Shown one piece after another: positions 13,383 through 23,447 of a stretch of 64,000 nucleotides of DNA. This DNA comes from Planctomycetota bacterium (GTDB taxonomy: Bacteria; Planctomycetota; B15-G4; JADJEK01): NCBI GenBank assembly GCA_044225365.1, contig JBGAIQ010000001.1, positions 256,001 through 320,000 on the forward strand. Direction: 5' to 3'. Numbering within the stretch: position 1 is the stretch's first letter; each line of letters opens with the position of its first letter. The notes below the pieces were generated by a model that had not been told where the DNA came from, did no database searches, and was given only the letters and a program-made list of their open reading frames with translations. Position numbers and translations under genes: made by a program.

Positions 13383-14125
13383 GGTGGCTGCGAACCTATA
13401 CCGTCCTGCTCGGTCGCGAGGTGGAGTCCTACTTCCTCGCGCCGCTCATGTATCTCGTGCTCGCTGTCTTTCTCGTCCTCAATGGCATCGCGTTCTACTA
13501 CAGCGTGGTCGACTCGATCGGCAACGTGAATCAGACCGTGCGCAGCTTCCTCGGCGGATCGATCCTGTTCTGGATCAACATCCTCGTGATCCCGCCCTTG
13601 CTCACGATGCGGTTGCTCGCCGAGGAGAAGCGAACCGGTTCGATCGAAGGTTTGATGACGGCGCCGGTCACCGACGTCGCGGTGATCCTCGCGAAGTTCA
13701 GCGGCGCGCTGTTGTTCTACGTCGCCCTCTGGCTGCCGTCCGCGATCTACCTGATCATGATGAAGTCGTTCGGCGCGCTGCCCGATCCCGGAGTGCTCGC
13801 GACGAGCTACCTCGGCGTGCTTCTGCTCGGCGCACTGCTCATCGCGATGGGCGTGCTCGCTTCCGCCATCTCACCGAACCAGGTGGTCGCAGCGATCCTT
13901 GGGATCGTCGGCAATCTGATGTTGTTCTTCGTCCCACTCTTCTCGCTGCAGATGAGCCCTGGCAGGCTGCGAGCATCGCTCGAGCAGATCTCGATCCTCT
14001 TCCACTTCCAGAATTCGTTCGGCAAGGGCGTGCTCGATTCGGGCGTGCTCTCGGTGTACGTCGCCGGATCCGCTCTCTTCTTGTTCTTCGCCGTACGGGT
14101 CATCGAATCGCGGAGGTGGTCGTGA
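13379..14125 (+). CDS. ABC-2 permease (GldF-like)
   Basis: RE..SYF..P, PPLLTMRLLAEEKRTGSIE.L.T.PV, 6 TM segments; ATGA coupling to the ATPase. Confidence 0.9.
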   Translation: MRWLRTYTVLLGREVESYFLAPLMYLVLAVFLVLNGIAFYYSVVDSIGNVNQTVRSFLGGSILFWINILVIPPLLTMRLLAEEKRTGSIEGLMTAPVTDVAVILAKFSGALLFYVALWLPSAIYLIMMKSFGALPDPGVLATSYLGVLLLGALLIAMGVLASAISPNQVVAAILGIVGNLMLFFVPLFSLQMSPGRLRASLEQISILFHFQNSFGKGVLDSGVLSVYVAGSALFLFFAVRVIESRRWS

Positions 14126-15645
14126 GCTCCGCGAAGACCTTCGGCACCGGCAAGAAGGCCGCGATCTTCCTGAACGTCGTCGTGATGGTGGCGCTCGCGG
14201 CCGTCGCAGCGGGATTCACGATCTACCTCGCGAGCTTCACGAAGCTGAAGTTCCGCGTCGATCTCACTCAGGCCGCGAACTACTCGCTGACGTCGCAGAG
14301 CGTCGAACTCCTGGCGGGACTCAATCGCGACATCGAGATCGTCACGGTCACCGATCCCGCGGCGACCGGATCGTGGGACCCCGAAGGTGCGATCCCGCGG
14401 GCGATGGAGTACGTGCGAGACCTGCTCCAGGAGTACAAGGTCCGCTCGTCGGGTCGGGTGTCGGTGGAGCATCTCGACGTCCAGCACGACGCGAATCGGG
14501 TGAGGGACGTCCAGCGCGAGGTCGGTGTCCTCTTCTACAACTTCGTCCTCGTGAAGTGCGGCAAGAACCGTCGCCTGCTCGCTCTCGATCCCGACCTCGC
14601 GGAGTTCGTTCGCGGCGACGTGAGCACGCGACGGCCTACGTCGCTCGTCGCCTATCGAGTGGAAGAAGCCCTCTCTTCGGCGATCTTCGGCGTGCTCGAC
14701 GAGAAGCGCCCGCAGGTCTACAACCTCGTCGGCCACGACGAAGTCGCGATCGGGCAGAACACACCCGAGGGCGGCGCACTCATCGCGACCTCGCTCGCGA
14801 GGGACAACATCGCGATCTCGGATTGGTCCTTGTTCCAGACCAAGAAGATCCCCGACGATGCCGACGCGGTCTTCCTGCTCGGCCCGCAATCTCCGCTCGT
14901 CCAGGACGAGCGATCGGCCATCGACGCCTACCTGCGCAAGGGAGGGCACTTGCTCGTGTGCATCGACCCGTTCTGCGATCCGTCGCTCGATGAGCTGTGG
15001 AACGCACTCGGAGTCGAACTCGAGCGCAACGTGATCACGAATCCCGTGTCGCAGGTGATGACGAACATCGATCCGCGCACGCACTTCGTCGGGTCGGGCA
15101 CCAATGCCAGCGGCACGTACGGCTCGCATCCCATCGTCGAGGACATGAAGCGCCGCTCGCAGACCGTGGTGCTCGATCAGTGCGCGGCGATCAAGGCGCG
15201 TTCCGGATTCGAGAAGTCGTTCACCACGCTGCTGACGTCGTACACGACTGCGTTCGGCGATGCGTTCGATCCGAAGACGCGAAAGGGCGACGGCAAGCTC
15301 GACAAGAAGACCGAGGTCGCTGGGCAGCGGATCCTCGGCGCCGCGATCGAGCCGACCGAGGGGCCGTACGCGAAGTCCCGCGTCGTGTTCCTCACGAGTT
15401 GGGCCTGCCTGCGCAACGATGCGATCGGTCGTTCGCTCGGCAACGATCAACTCCTCCACAAGGCGACCGCGTGGCTCATCGGCAAGAAGAACGCGATGAT
15501 CGCGCCGCCTCCGCGATTGCCGCCGCCCTCGGTCAGCGAACTCCGTCAGGACGAGTACGACAAGATCGCGACCTACACGATGCTCGTCTTGCCGGGCGGG
15601 GCCGTCCTGCTCGCGATCCTGGTCTGGCTCGCGCGACGAACCTGA
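14122..15645 (+). CDS. GldG-like ABC auxiliary component
   Basis: N-terminal TM, R.DLT....YSL, GHDE, YLRKGG, C-terminal TM ending LARRT. Confidence 0.85.
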   Translation: MSSAKTFGTGKKAAIFLNVVVMVALAAVAAGFTIYLASFTKLKFRVDLTQAANYSLTSQSVELLAGLNRDIEIVTVTDPAATGSWDPEGAIPRAMEYVRDLLQEYKVRSSGRVSVEHLDVQHDANRVRDVQREVGVLFYNFVLVKCGKNRRLLALDPDLAEFVRGDVSTRRPTSLVAYRVEEALSSAIFGVLDEKRPQVYNLVGHDEVAIGQNTPEGGALIATSLARDNIAISDWSLFQTKKIPDDADAVFLLGPQSPLVQDERSAIDAYLRKGGHLLVCIDPFCDPSLDELWNALGVELERNVITNPVSQVMTNIDPRTHFVGSGTNASGTYGSHPIVEDMKRRSQTVVLDQCAAIKARSGFEKSFTTLLTSYTTAFGDAFDPKTRKGDGKLDKKTEVAGQRILGAAIEPTEGPYAKSRVVFLTSWACLRNDAIGRSLGNDQLLHKATAWLIGKKNAMIAPPPRLPPPSVSELRQDEYDKIATYTMLVLPGGAVLLAILVWLARRT

Positions 15646-15646
15646 G

Positions 15647-17476
15647 ATGAAGATCCGCACGACCGTCTTCCTGCTGCTGTTCGTAATCGGCCTCTTCGTC
15701 GTCTGGCACTACGCCGAGAAGAAGACCGGATCGGATCCCGCTCAGGAGGGCCCGACGCGACTGCTCGGCTCGTTCGATCCGACCTTGCTCGAGCGCATCG
15801 AACTCAACCTCACGACGACGCAGATGCTCGCGATCGTTCCGCGCGGCAAGGAGTTCTGGTTCGACGAACCGTTCCAAGACCGCGCGAAGCGGGATCAGGT
15901 CGAGTACCTGATCGAAATCCTGCGGCAGAACGCGCGGTTCATCGCGAACCCACATCCGACCAAGGACCTTCTCGTGAAGTGCGGTTTGGAACCGCCGAAG
16001 GCGCGCGTGACGCTCGTCGGGGACGGCGGGACACAACGCATCAGCATGCGCATCGGAGAGCGCGATCCCGCACAGGAACTGGTCTACGTTCGAGTCGAGG
16101 GGGATGACGCCATCTACACGACCGGCGCCAACCTCGTGAACTTGCTCGATCGTCATCAGCAGGATTGGCGTGACGCGCAATTCGCGAGCGGCGACGGCGC
16201 GCTCGTTCGCAAGGTCGAGATCGAGCGGCCGGGACAAGCCAAGATCGTCGCCGAACGTACGACGGGATCGGAATGGGCGCTCGTCGAGCCGTTCGTGTAT
16301 CCGGGTGACGATGGCGTCCTCGGCCGTCTCGTGAACGGATTGCTGTTGCTCCACGTCGACAACTTCCTCGACGTCCACGCCACGCAGGAGGAACTCGAGA
16401 AGGTCAATCTCGGCGCGAAAGCGACGAAGGTGACGCTGACGTTCCCGACGCGCACGCTCGAGCTGCGCTTCGGGTTCGAGGCCGGAGGGCCCGGGCGGCG
16501 GTACGCCTTCGAGTCCGAACGCGGCCACGGATTCATCGTCACGGGCGCAGCGCTCGCCTTGCTCGATACGCGGGCGAAGGCCCTGCGCGACAAGTTCGTG
16601 GCTCGTTTCGCGCCGGGCGACATCACACACATCCGCGTCGATCGTGACGGACAGACGCAGTTCGAACTCCGATTCCGCGCCTCGGAGCGGCGGTTCTTCT
16701 ACGAGCAGCCCTTTTCGTTCCCGTGCGACGACGCACGCAATTCACAGCTTCGCGCGTGGCTCGGTGCACTGTCGGGACTGCAGGCCACCGACTTCCTCGA
16801 TCCCGAAGAGCGGCCCGCGCCGGGATCGGGGATCGATCCGAACGAACAACTCGGTTTCACGAGCCCGCGCTATGTCTTCGAACTCGAAGCGGCGAACGGG
16901 AGCGGCAGTGCGGACAAGATCCGCATCGAAGTCGCGGAACATGACGAAGGCGGCCGGCGCGCAGTCCGGCGGACCGACAAGCTGCAGGACATGATCTGGT
17001 GGGTCCCCACGAACGTCGTCGACCCGATCGGTGACACCGACGCTCGCGTCTTCATCGCGCGCGAGGTGGTTCCCGACGCGGTGGAGGATTTCGAGAAGGT
17101 GACGATTCGCCTCGGCGACAAGTCTCGGACGATCGTGCGTCAGGGCGAAGTGGGGAAGGCCCGGACGTGGGTCGATCCGCAGAATTCGAAGACCCGAACG
17201 ACCGACATCCAACCCTTCGTCTATCGCCTGAAGGGACTCGCGGTCGACCGCATCCAGCCGCGCAACGAGATCGCCGCCGACGGCTTCGAACATGCTGCGA
17301 CCATCGACATCGAACTCGGTGGCTCGCGCGCGAAGGAAGGCACGGTGCATCTCGAGATCGGCGCGAAGGACGAATCGGGCAAGCTGGTCGCGGTGAAGGC
17401 GAACCGGCTGCCCGCGCGTACGGTAGCGCTCGCCGACGTGTGGTTGCGCGACGAACTCGAGGCGCTCTTCAAGTAG
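15647..17476 (+). CDS. DUF4340 domain-containing membrane-anchored protein
   Basis: N-terminal TM, repeated 'GLEPP/W.L.EP' units, position after gldG-like. Confidence 0.7.
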   Translation: MKIRTTVFLLLFVIGLFVVWHYAEKKTGSDPAQEGPTRLLGSFDPTLLERIELNLTTTQMLAIVPRGKEFWFDEPFQDRAKRDQVEYLIEILRQNARFIANPHPTKDLLVKCGLEPPKARVTLVGDGGTQRISMRIGERDPAQELVYVRVEGDDAIYTTGANLVNLLDRHQQDWRDAQFASGDGALVRKVEIERPGQAKIVAERTTGSEWALVEPFVYPGDDGVLGRLVNGLLLLHVDNFLDVHATQEELEKVNLGAKATKVTLTFPTRTLELRFGFEAGGPGRRYAFESERGHGFIVTGAALALLDTRAKALRDKFVARFAPGDITHIRVDRDGQTQFELRFRASERRFFYEQPFSFPCDDARNSQLRAWLGALSGLQATDFLDPEERPAPGSGIDPNEQLGFTSPRYVFELEAANGSGSADKIRIEVAEHDEGGRRAVRRTDKLQDMIWWVPTNVVDPIGDTDARVFIAREVVPDAVEDFEKVTIRLGDKSRTIVRQGEVGKARTWVDPQNSKTRTTDIQPFVYRLKGLAVDRIQPRNEIAADGFEHAATIDIELGGSRAKEGTVHLEIGAKDESGKLVAVKANRLPARTVALADVWLRDELEALFK

Positions 17477-17512
17477 AGTGGCGTCGAACACCACTTCGCA
17501 ACGGCACCACGG

Positions 17513-18688
17513 GTGATGGGTCGCGCACCGCACGAAGACGTCGAAATCGCGCTGCGGGCTCCGCTGCTCGAGCCGATTCCAGGTCTCTTGCATCGTGCGG
17601 CCCGCATTCCGCTCGCGGCGCATCACGGTATCGTTCGCTTCCACGACGTGCTCGCGGCTCGACCCGAGAGACTCGGTTGCCTCGCCAGCGCGGCGCGACC
17701 GATTGCCCCGTCGGAGATCCTCTTCCTCGACATCGAGACCACGGGTCTCGGGCGCGAAGACGAGGTCGTCTTCCTCGTCGGCGCCGCGCGCATCGACGGT
17801 GAATTCGTCGTCCTCGAGCAGTGGCTGCTCGCCGGAGATCGGGATCTGCGCGGCCGCGCGGCGGAGCGGGAGATGTTGGAGCGCACCGTGGCTCTCGCGC
17901 GGTCGAAGGAAGCGCTCGTCACGTTCGTGGGCAAGGCCTTCGACCGCCATCGCCTCGACGATCGGATCGAGAGCGTCATGGGGGAGCGGCCCCTCACCGC
18001 GATGGCGCACCTCGACCTGTTTCACTCCTCGAAGCGGCTCTTCGCACCGAGTCTGCGGGATGCACGGCTCTCCACTCTCGAATCCGAACTGCTGGGCATC
18101 GCGCGCGGTCGCGACCTGTCCGGGGCGCAGTGTCCCGAGGCGTGGTTCGACTTCGTCGACAGTGGGCGGCGTTCGTTCATCGAGCCGGTGCTGCGTCACA
18201 ACGCGCTCGACACGTTGACGCTCCTCGCGCTGCTCGCGCGAACCGAACAGGTGTTTGCGTCGCCGGCGACTCGCAGCGAATCGGCTCGCGCCGGACTGCT
18301 GTTCCACGCGAAGCGCACGCCGCTCGCCGCCGAACTCGCTCTGCCGTATCTCGAGCGCGCGTGCGCCGAGCCGATCCCGGAGGGAGGCAAAGAGTCGCAC
18401 CCGGCGATCGAGGCGTTGGCGGATCTGCTTCGCTCGCGCGGCGATTCCCAGCGCGCCCTTCTCCTCCTCGAGCGCGAAGGGAGGAGAAGGCACGACTGCG
18501 ATCTGATGAAACGGGCGGCGACGATCGCCGAACGCGATCTTCGAGACGCGGCAGCGACGTTGCGACTCCTGCGACTCGCCGGCGAATACGCTCCGGCGGA
18601 CGAACGGGCAGCCCTCGTCGCGCGTCTCTCTCGCCTCGAGCGACGGATCGCGGTCGATCGCGCGGCCGCGAGCGATCCGGGCGGCTGA
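17513..18688 (+). CDS. YprB/MrfB-like RNase H-like (DEDD) exonuclease with C-terminal helical (TPR-like) region
   Basis: LFLDIETTGL, TFVGKAFD, HLDL, LSTLE..LLG..R..D, HNALD; start uncertain. Confidence 0.8.
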   Translation: MMGRAPHEDVEIALRAPLLEPIPGLLHRAARIPLAAHHGIVRFHDVLAARPERLGCLASAARPIAPSEILFLDIETTGLGREDEVVFLVGAARIDGEFVVLEQWLLAGDRDLRGRAAEREMLERTVALARSKEALVTFVGKAFDRHRLDDRIESVMGERPLTAMAHLDLFHSSKRLFAPSLRDARLSTLESELLGIARGRDLSGAQCPEAWFDFVDSGRRSFIEPVLRHNALDTLTLLALLARTEQVFASPATRSESARAGLLFHAKRTPLAAELALPYLERACAEPIPEGGKESHPAIEALADLLRSRGDSQRALLLLEREGRRRHDCDLMKRAATIAERDLRDAAATLRLLRLAGEYAPADERAALVARLSRLERRIAVDRAAASDPGG

Positions 18689-18697
18689 CCCCGAGGA

Positions 18698-21600
18698 TCA
18701 GCGACCCGGTCGCTCCGAAGCCCTCCGCAGCGGCGGCCGCGGTCGCTCTTCCCACGCCTTCACGTCGCCGAGCAGCACCTCGATGCCCTTCTCGAGCTGT
18801 TCGTCCTTGCCGGCGGGCAAGTCGCCGGGCTTCGGCCAGATCGTGAAATCGGGTTCTGCACCGTTCAGCTCCATGTCCTCACCGGTGTCGGGGAGGAACC
18901 AGCCGCGAAAGGGCATTCGGAGGAAGCCGATGTCGAGGATCTCGGTTCCACCCGTGCTGATCACGCCGCCCGCGGTCCTCACACCGACGAGTTTGCCGCG
19001 CTTCAGCGTCCGGACCGCGTGAGCGAAGATCTCGGCGTTGCTGAAGCTGTTCTGGTCGCAGAGGACGAGGATCGGCTTGCTCCAACTCGCGTACACCTGG
19101 CGATCCTGCGGGTATCCGGGCTTGCCTCCGCGTCCGACCGCGAGCGCGTGGGCGGGTTGCGTGAGCGACGTCAGCAGATGGTCCGCGGTGGATCCGCCAC
19201 CGTTGCCGCGGACGTCGATGATGATCCCGTCGCGTCCGTAGCCGATGCGATAGAGATCGGCATCGAAGCGCTGGAAGCTCGACCAGTCCATGCCGGCGAT
19301 GTGCAGGTAGCCGAGTCTGCCGTTCGACTTCGCGTCGACGAGCTTGCGATTGGCGTCGATCCATTCGTCGTAGAGCGCCTGACGCATCGCAGCGTAGGTG
19401 GTGGGGCGAACGATCACGTCGCGCTCGGGCTTCGAACGGTCGACGCTCCCGATCCGCAACTGGATGTCGCGCGGCGCGGTGCCGTTCAGCACCTCCGTCG
19501 GGTCGAGCGCGGGATCGACGGCGCGACCGTCGACGGCGAGAACGATTTCACCGACTTCCACCTTCGAGCTGCCTTCCGCGCAGGGACCCTTCTTCCACAC
19601 GAACTCGACCTTCCAACCCGGGCCCTTGAATCGGGGGTCGAATCGCAATCCGAGATGCGCGGTCGTGTCCGTGAACGCCGGAGACGTGCTCTCCGGAGGC
19701 TCGCTCGGTGTGAAGCCGAGATGCGATCCGTTGAGCTCGCCGAGCATCATCTGGACGACCTGCTGGAGCTGCGACGAGTCGGTGGCGTTGGCGGCGACGT
19801 CTTCGTACTTGCGGCGGATCGCGTCCCAGTTGCGATGGTTCAATCGCTCGTCGTAGAAGCTGTCCCGCATCACTCGCCACGCCAGCGTGAAGGCGGTCTT
19901 GAACCGTTCGCCGACGCGGATCTCCTGCTGCGTCGAGAACGGACTCGCTGTCTGCGCGCCTTGAGCATTGGTCGTGGTCGGCACGCCGCCCGACACACCG
20001 CCCCAGACCTTCGCCTTCGGCGAGCGAACCGGACGGGAGAGGAACTTGGCGGGGAGCGGCTTCGGTGTGAGGTCCTCGGGGAATTCAACCGAGTAGACGC
20101 CGGCCTTCCCGTCGATCGTCGCGTTGAACGCGAGTTTCTTGTCGTCGATGAATAGGAGCCCGCCCTCGTTGGAATCGGGGATGCGGATCGAGTGGATGCG
20201 ATCGCGCAGACCGTCGAAGTCGATCTTCACCTCGGGGAGCTCGACCTTCTTGTCGTCCTTCTCACCCGGCTTCTCGGGGGCCTTCTCGGGAGGTTTCTTG
20301 TCGTCGGGCTTGTCCGGCAATTTCTCGCCCGGCTTGTCGTCCTTCGGTTTGGCGCCCTTCTCCGGCTTGCGCTCCTTCTCCATCTTCTCGATCGCTTTCT
20401 TCAGCTTGCGATCGCGCGAGTCCTGATCCTCGTCCTCCTTGCGCAGGAAGACCCAGTAGATGTCGACCTCGTCCTGCAAGCGTTTGCCGACGAAGGCGAG
20501 GATCCTTCCGTCCAGCGACCAACGTGCTTCGTAGTCGTTGTCCGGATGGACCGAGACGTTGTAGGGCGGTGACGATCCATCGGCGGGGAGGATCCAGATG
20601 TCGCTGTTGAAGTTCTCGTCGGCGACCGAATAGGCGAGCCATTTCGCGTCGGGGGACCACTCGTAGTTCGGCGCATCGAAGGAAGCGAGGAGACGTTTGA
20701 CGTTCTTGCCCTCGAGGTCGGAGACCATGAGATCGCCCGCGCCGCGAACGTACGAGAGCCGCGTTCCGTCGGGCGAGATTCGAAGCTGCCGCTCGACCTC
20801 GACGTCCTGGGTGATCCGCTTCATCACGAAATCGTGATTCCGCCACCAGTACTTCTCTTCGTCGGCGCGCTCGACTCGCCACACGTCGCTCTGACCCGAC
20901 TGATCGGAAACGAAGTAGATCGCCTTTCCATCGGGTGAGAACACGGGCTCGGTCTCGCTCTCCGGCGTGTTCGTCACCCGCACCGGCTCTCGCAGTTCGG
21001 TGTCCATCACGAACAGATCGCCCCCGGCGACGAACGCGATCTCGAGGCCGTCCGCAGAATACGCGGCGGATTCGGCCGACGTCAGCGTTCGTCGCAGCAC
21101 GTCGCGGCGCAGCGGCTCGCCTTCGTTCGTGATGTCGATCCGCCGTGGAGCTTCGCCCGTGGCGGGGTGATAGGAGTAGAGTTCGATTCCACGTCGAAAC
21201 ACGATCGTCTTGCCGTCGGCCGAGCACGCCGCGAACGAGACTCCGTCGTCCTGATACTCGGTCAGCTTCTTCGTGGTCGCGCTCGCGAGATCGCGTTCGT
21301 AGAGGTTGTAGGTGCCGTCCTGTTCCGAGACGAAGTAGAACCCGCTTCCGTCGCCGCGCCACATCGGAAGGCGCGCAGCGCGTTCGCTGTGGAGGATCTC
21401 GGAGAACGCTCCGCTCGTCTTGTCGAACAGCCAGATCTGCGCGGCCTCGGTGCCGACGTAGCCCTTGCGCCACCAATCGACGCCTTCGCGCACGAAGAGG
21501 ATCTTCTGGCCGTCGGGGGAGTACGTGCCGTTCGTCGCGTAGTCGTTGAACACGACCTTCTCGGCCGTGCGCTTCGTGAGATCGACTTCGATCAGACGCT

Positions 21601-22045
21601 GCGCACTTCGCCAGAAGTGATCGCGTGAGCCCCGAGTGAGCAAGACGTCGTCGCCCGGAGCGAACTCCTCGATCGCGTAGCCCTCGCTGTGCCACGTGCG
21701 TTGAGTCGGTGTGCCCGCGAGCGGAGAGGCGGGGCCCCGCGACGTCAACGGCATCGTGAAGACCTGGAACGAGCCGGTTCGGTTCGACACGAAGGCGAGC
21801 GTCTTGCCATCGCGCGAGAACCTCGGATTGCGATCGATGGCGCGATCGAAAGTGACCCGCGTCGCGGAGCCACCCATGACACTCGTCAAGAAGACGTCCC
21901 CCGCGACGGAGAACGCGAGCGTTCCTCCGTCCGGCGAAACGGCGAAATCCGAGAGCAGACGGATCGGCTCGGTCGCGGAGCCGATCGGCGCGCCGATCGC
22001 GGTGGAGATCAGGGTGACGAGTGCAATGGGGGCCATCGATCGCAT
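18698..22045 (-). CDS. Tricorn-type S41 peptidase with beta-propellers and PDZ
   Basis: Signal peptide, PD40/WD40-like SPDG repeats, GELNGSH, IIDVRGNGGG, SFSNAEIF, GVRTAGGVI. Confidence 0.92.
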   Translation of the reverse strand: MRSMAPIALVTLISTAIGAPIGSATEPIRLLSDFAVSPDGGTLAFSVAGDVFLTSVMGGSATRVTFDRAIDRNPRFSRDGKTLAFVSNRTGSFQVFTMPLTSRGPASPLAGTPTQRTWHSEGYAIEEFAPGDDVLLTRGSRDHFWRSAQRLIEVDLTKRTAEKVVFNDYATNGTYSPDGQKILFVREGVDWWRKGYVGTEAAQIWLFDKTSGAFSEILHSERAARLPMWRGDGSGFYFVSEQDGTYNLYERDLASATTKKLTEYQDDGVSFAACSADGKTIVFRRGIELYSYHPATGEAPRRIDITNEGEPLRRDVLRRTLTSAESAAYSADGLEIAFVAGGDLFVMDTELREPVRVTNTPESETEPVFSPDGKAIYFVSDQSGQSDVWRVERADEEKYWWRNHDFVMKRITQDVEVERQLRISPDGTRLSYVRGAGDLMVSDLEGKNVKRLLASFDAPNYEWSPDAKWLAYSVADENFNSDIWILPADGSSPPYNVSVHPDNDYEARWSLDGRILAFVGKRLQDEVDIYWVFLRKEDEDQDSRDRKLKKAIEKMEKERKPEKGAKPKDDKPGEKLPDKPDDKKPPEKAPEKPGEKDDKKVELPEVKIDFDGLRDRIHSIRIPDSNEGGLLFIDDKKLAFNATIDGKAGVYSVEFPEDLTPKPLPAKFLSRPVRSPKAKVWGGVSGGVPTTTNAQGAQTASPFSTQQEIRVGERFKTAFTLAWRVMRDSFYDERLNHRNWDAIRRKYEDVAANATDSSQLQQVVQMMLGELNGSHLGFTPSEPPESTSPAFTDTTAHLGLRFDPRFKGPGWKVEFVWKKGPCAEGSSKVEVGEIVLAVDGRAVDPALDPTEVLNGTAPRDIQLRIGSVDRSKPERDVIVRPTTYAAMRQALYDEWIDANRKLVDAKSNGRLGYLHIAGMDWSSFQRFDADLYRIGYGRDGIIIDVRGNGGGSTADHLLTSLTQPAHALAVGRGGKPGYPQDRQVYASWSKPILVLCDQNSFSNAEIFAHAVRTLKRGKLVGVRTAGGVISTGGTEILDIGFLRMPFRGWFLPDTGEDMELNGAEPDFTIWPKPGDLPAGKDEQLEKGIEVLLGDVKAWEERPRPPLRRASERPGR

Positions 22046-22203
22046 GCGCTACCTCGGATTCACTGGGGACGGCATCGCTCGGCGAAGCTCTCGAAGCCGG
22101 GCGTTCTACCGAAAGTCCGTGGGCGGGTCACGGGTGCACCCGCGGTCGAAGGAGTACGCGCCGCGACGCCGGCTGTGAGGGATCGCCTCGCGAGGATTCG
22201 GCG

Positions 22204-22794
22204 TCAGGTCGGCGAGCGCAATGCCAGGGCCTTGCGTGCGAGGCGCGCGAGACTCTCATCGTTCGCCGACGATTCGAATCCGATCTGCTCGAGCGGGAAC
22301 CACTTCAAGTCGTTCGACTCGTCGCTGACGCGGACGGCTTGTCCGGGCGCGGCGACGAGCAGATAGCGGAAGTCATGATGCTCGTGCTCCGGTTCGTCCT
22401 TGCGCGCCGGGATCGAGTGCACGTCGAGATCGAACGGCAGCGGAGAACCATCGGATATCGGCGGAAGGAACGAGAACTCCGTCATCCCGGACTCCTCGCG
22501 CGCTTCGCGCATTGCGGAGAGATGCGGTTCGGCCTCGCCGTCGACGTGACCGCCGAGTTGGAGCCAGCGATCGAGTTTCTTGTGATGGGTGAGGAGGCAG
22601 GAACGATGGTCGGGGGAGAGGACGAGCGCCGACGCGGTCACATGGCCGACGCGACAGGTCCGGAGCAGGCAATCGCGGTGCCCAGCGAGGAGATGGAGGA
22701 TCCGCTGGACGACGGCCGACTCCTGCGGATTCGCGTCGAGATAGCGCAGGACGACGTCGCGAACGGGATCGCGGGAGTCGGGACCGCTGCTCAT
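22204..22794 (-). CDS. NUDIX hydrolase
   Basis: GHVTASA, WLQLGGHVDGE.....AMREAREESG Nudix box, H.H.DFRY. Confidence 0.9.
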   Translation of the reverse strand: MSSGPDSRDPVRDVVLRYLDANPQESAVVQRILHLLAGHRDCLLRTCRVGHVTASALVLSPDHRSCLLTHHKKLDRWLQLGGHVDGEAEPHLSAMREAREESGMTEFSFLPPISDGSPLPFDLDVHSIPARKDEPEHEHHDFRYLLVAAPGQAVRVSDESNDLKWFPLEQIGFESSANDESLARLARKALALRSPT

Positions 22795-23447
22795 GGGACG
22801 ATCCGTACTCGACCGCCGTCGATTCGAAGCTTGTCCTGCTGATAGAGCGCGATCGCTTCGACGTAGGCGAGGCTCTCGGCGGCGAAGACGTTCGCGGCGA
22901 TCGCGTCGGAGTCGTCCTCGAAGGCCACTGGAACCGCGCGCTGCACGATGATCGGTCCGTGATCGTATTCGTCGTCGACGAAATGCACGGTGCAGCCTGT
23001 GACCTTCACTCCGCTCTTGCGCACCGCGTCATGGACGTGGTGGCCGAAGTAGCCCTTGCCGCCGAAGGAGGGCAGCAACGCTGGATGGATGTTCATCACG
23101 CGGCCGCGCCAATGTACGGCGATCGGGAGTTTCACGAGATAACCGGCGAGGATCGCGAGGTCGACTCGATGGGCATCGAGGGAATCGAAGATCGCGGCGG
23201 AGAACTCGGCCTCGCTCGGGAAATCCCGCGGACGCACGACGCTCGCCGGGACGCCGAGGCCCTTCGCGCGTTCGAGGGCGTAGCACCTGTTCCCGCTCGC
23301 GATGCAGCACGCGATCTCGGCGAACAAGCTGCCCTCGCCCGTGCGGCGGCAGGCTTCGTCGAGATACTGCAGAGTACGACCGCCTCCCGAGACGAGGACG
23401 CCGAGCCGCAATCGTCGAGACGTGTCCCTGGGCGTGATCGTCGTCAT
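22791..23447 (-). CDS. purN: Phosphoribosylglycinamide formyltransferase
   Basis: VLVSGGGRTL, LAGY, NIHPALLPSFGG, GCTVHFVD.EYDHGPII. Confidence 0.95.
   Translation of the reverse strand: MTTITPRDTSRRLRLGVLVSGGGRTLQYLDEACRRTGEGSLFAEIACCIASGNRCYALERAKGLGVPASVVRPRDFPSEAEFSAAIFDSLDAHRVDLAILAGYLVKLPIAVHWRGRVMNIHPALLPSFGGKGYFGHHVHDAVRKSGVKVTGCTVHFVDDEYDHGPIIVQRAVPVAFEDDSDAIAANVFAAESLAYVEAIALYQQDKLRIDGGRVRIVP

Noticed and set aside
12417-17476. GldA/F/G homologues as evidence of gliding motility
   Set aside because: This ABC + DUF4340 operon is widespread in non-gliding bacteria, and no other gld/spr genes occur in the window.
20240-20400. Quasi-tandem repeats in the tricorn gene
   Set aside because: They encode a Lys/Glu/Asp/Pro-rich flexible linker common in tricorn-like S41 proteases.
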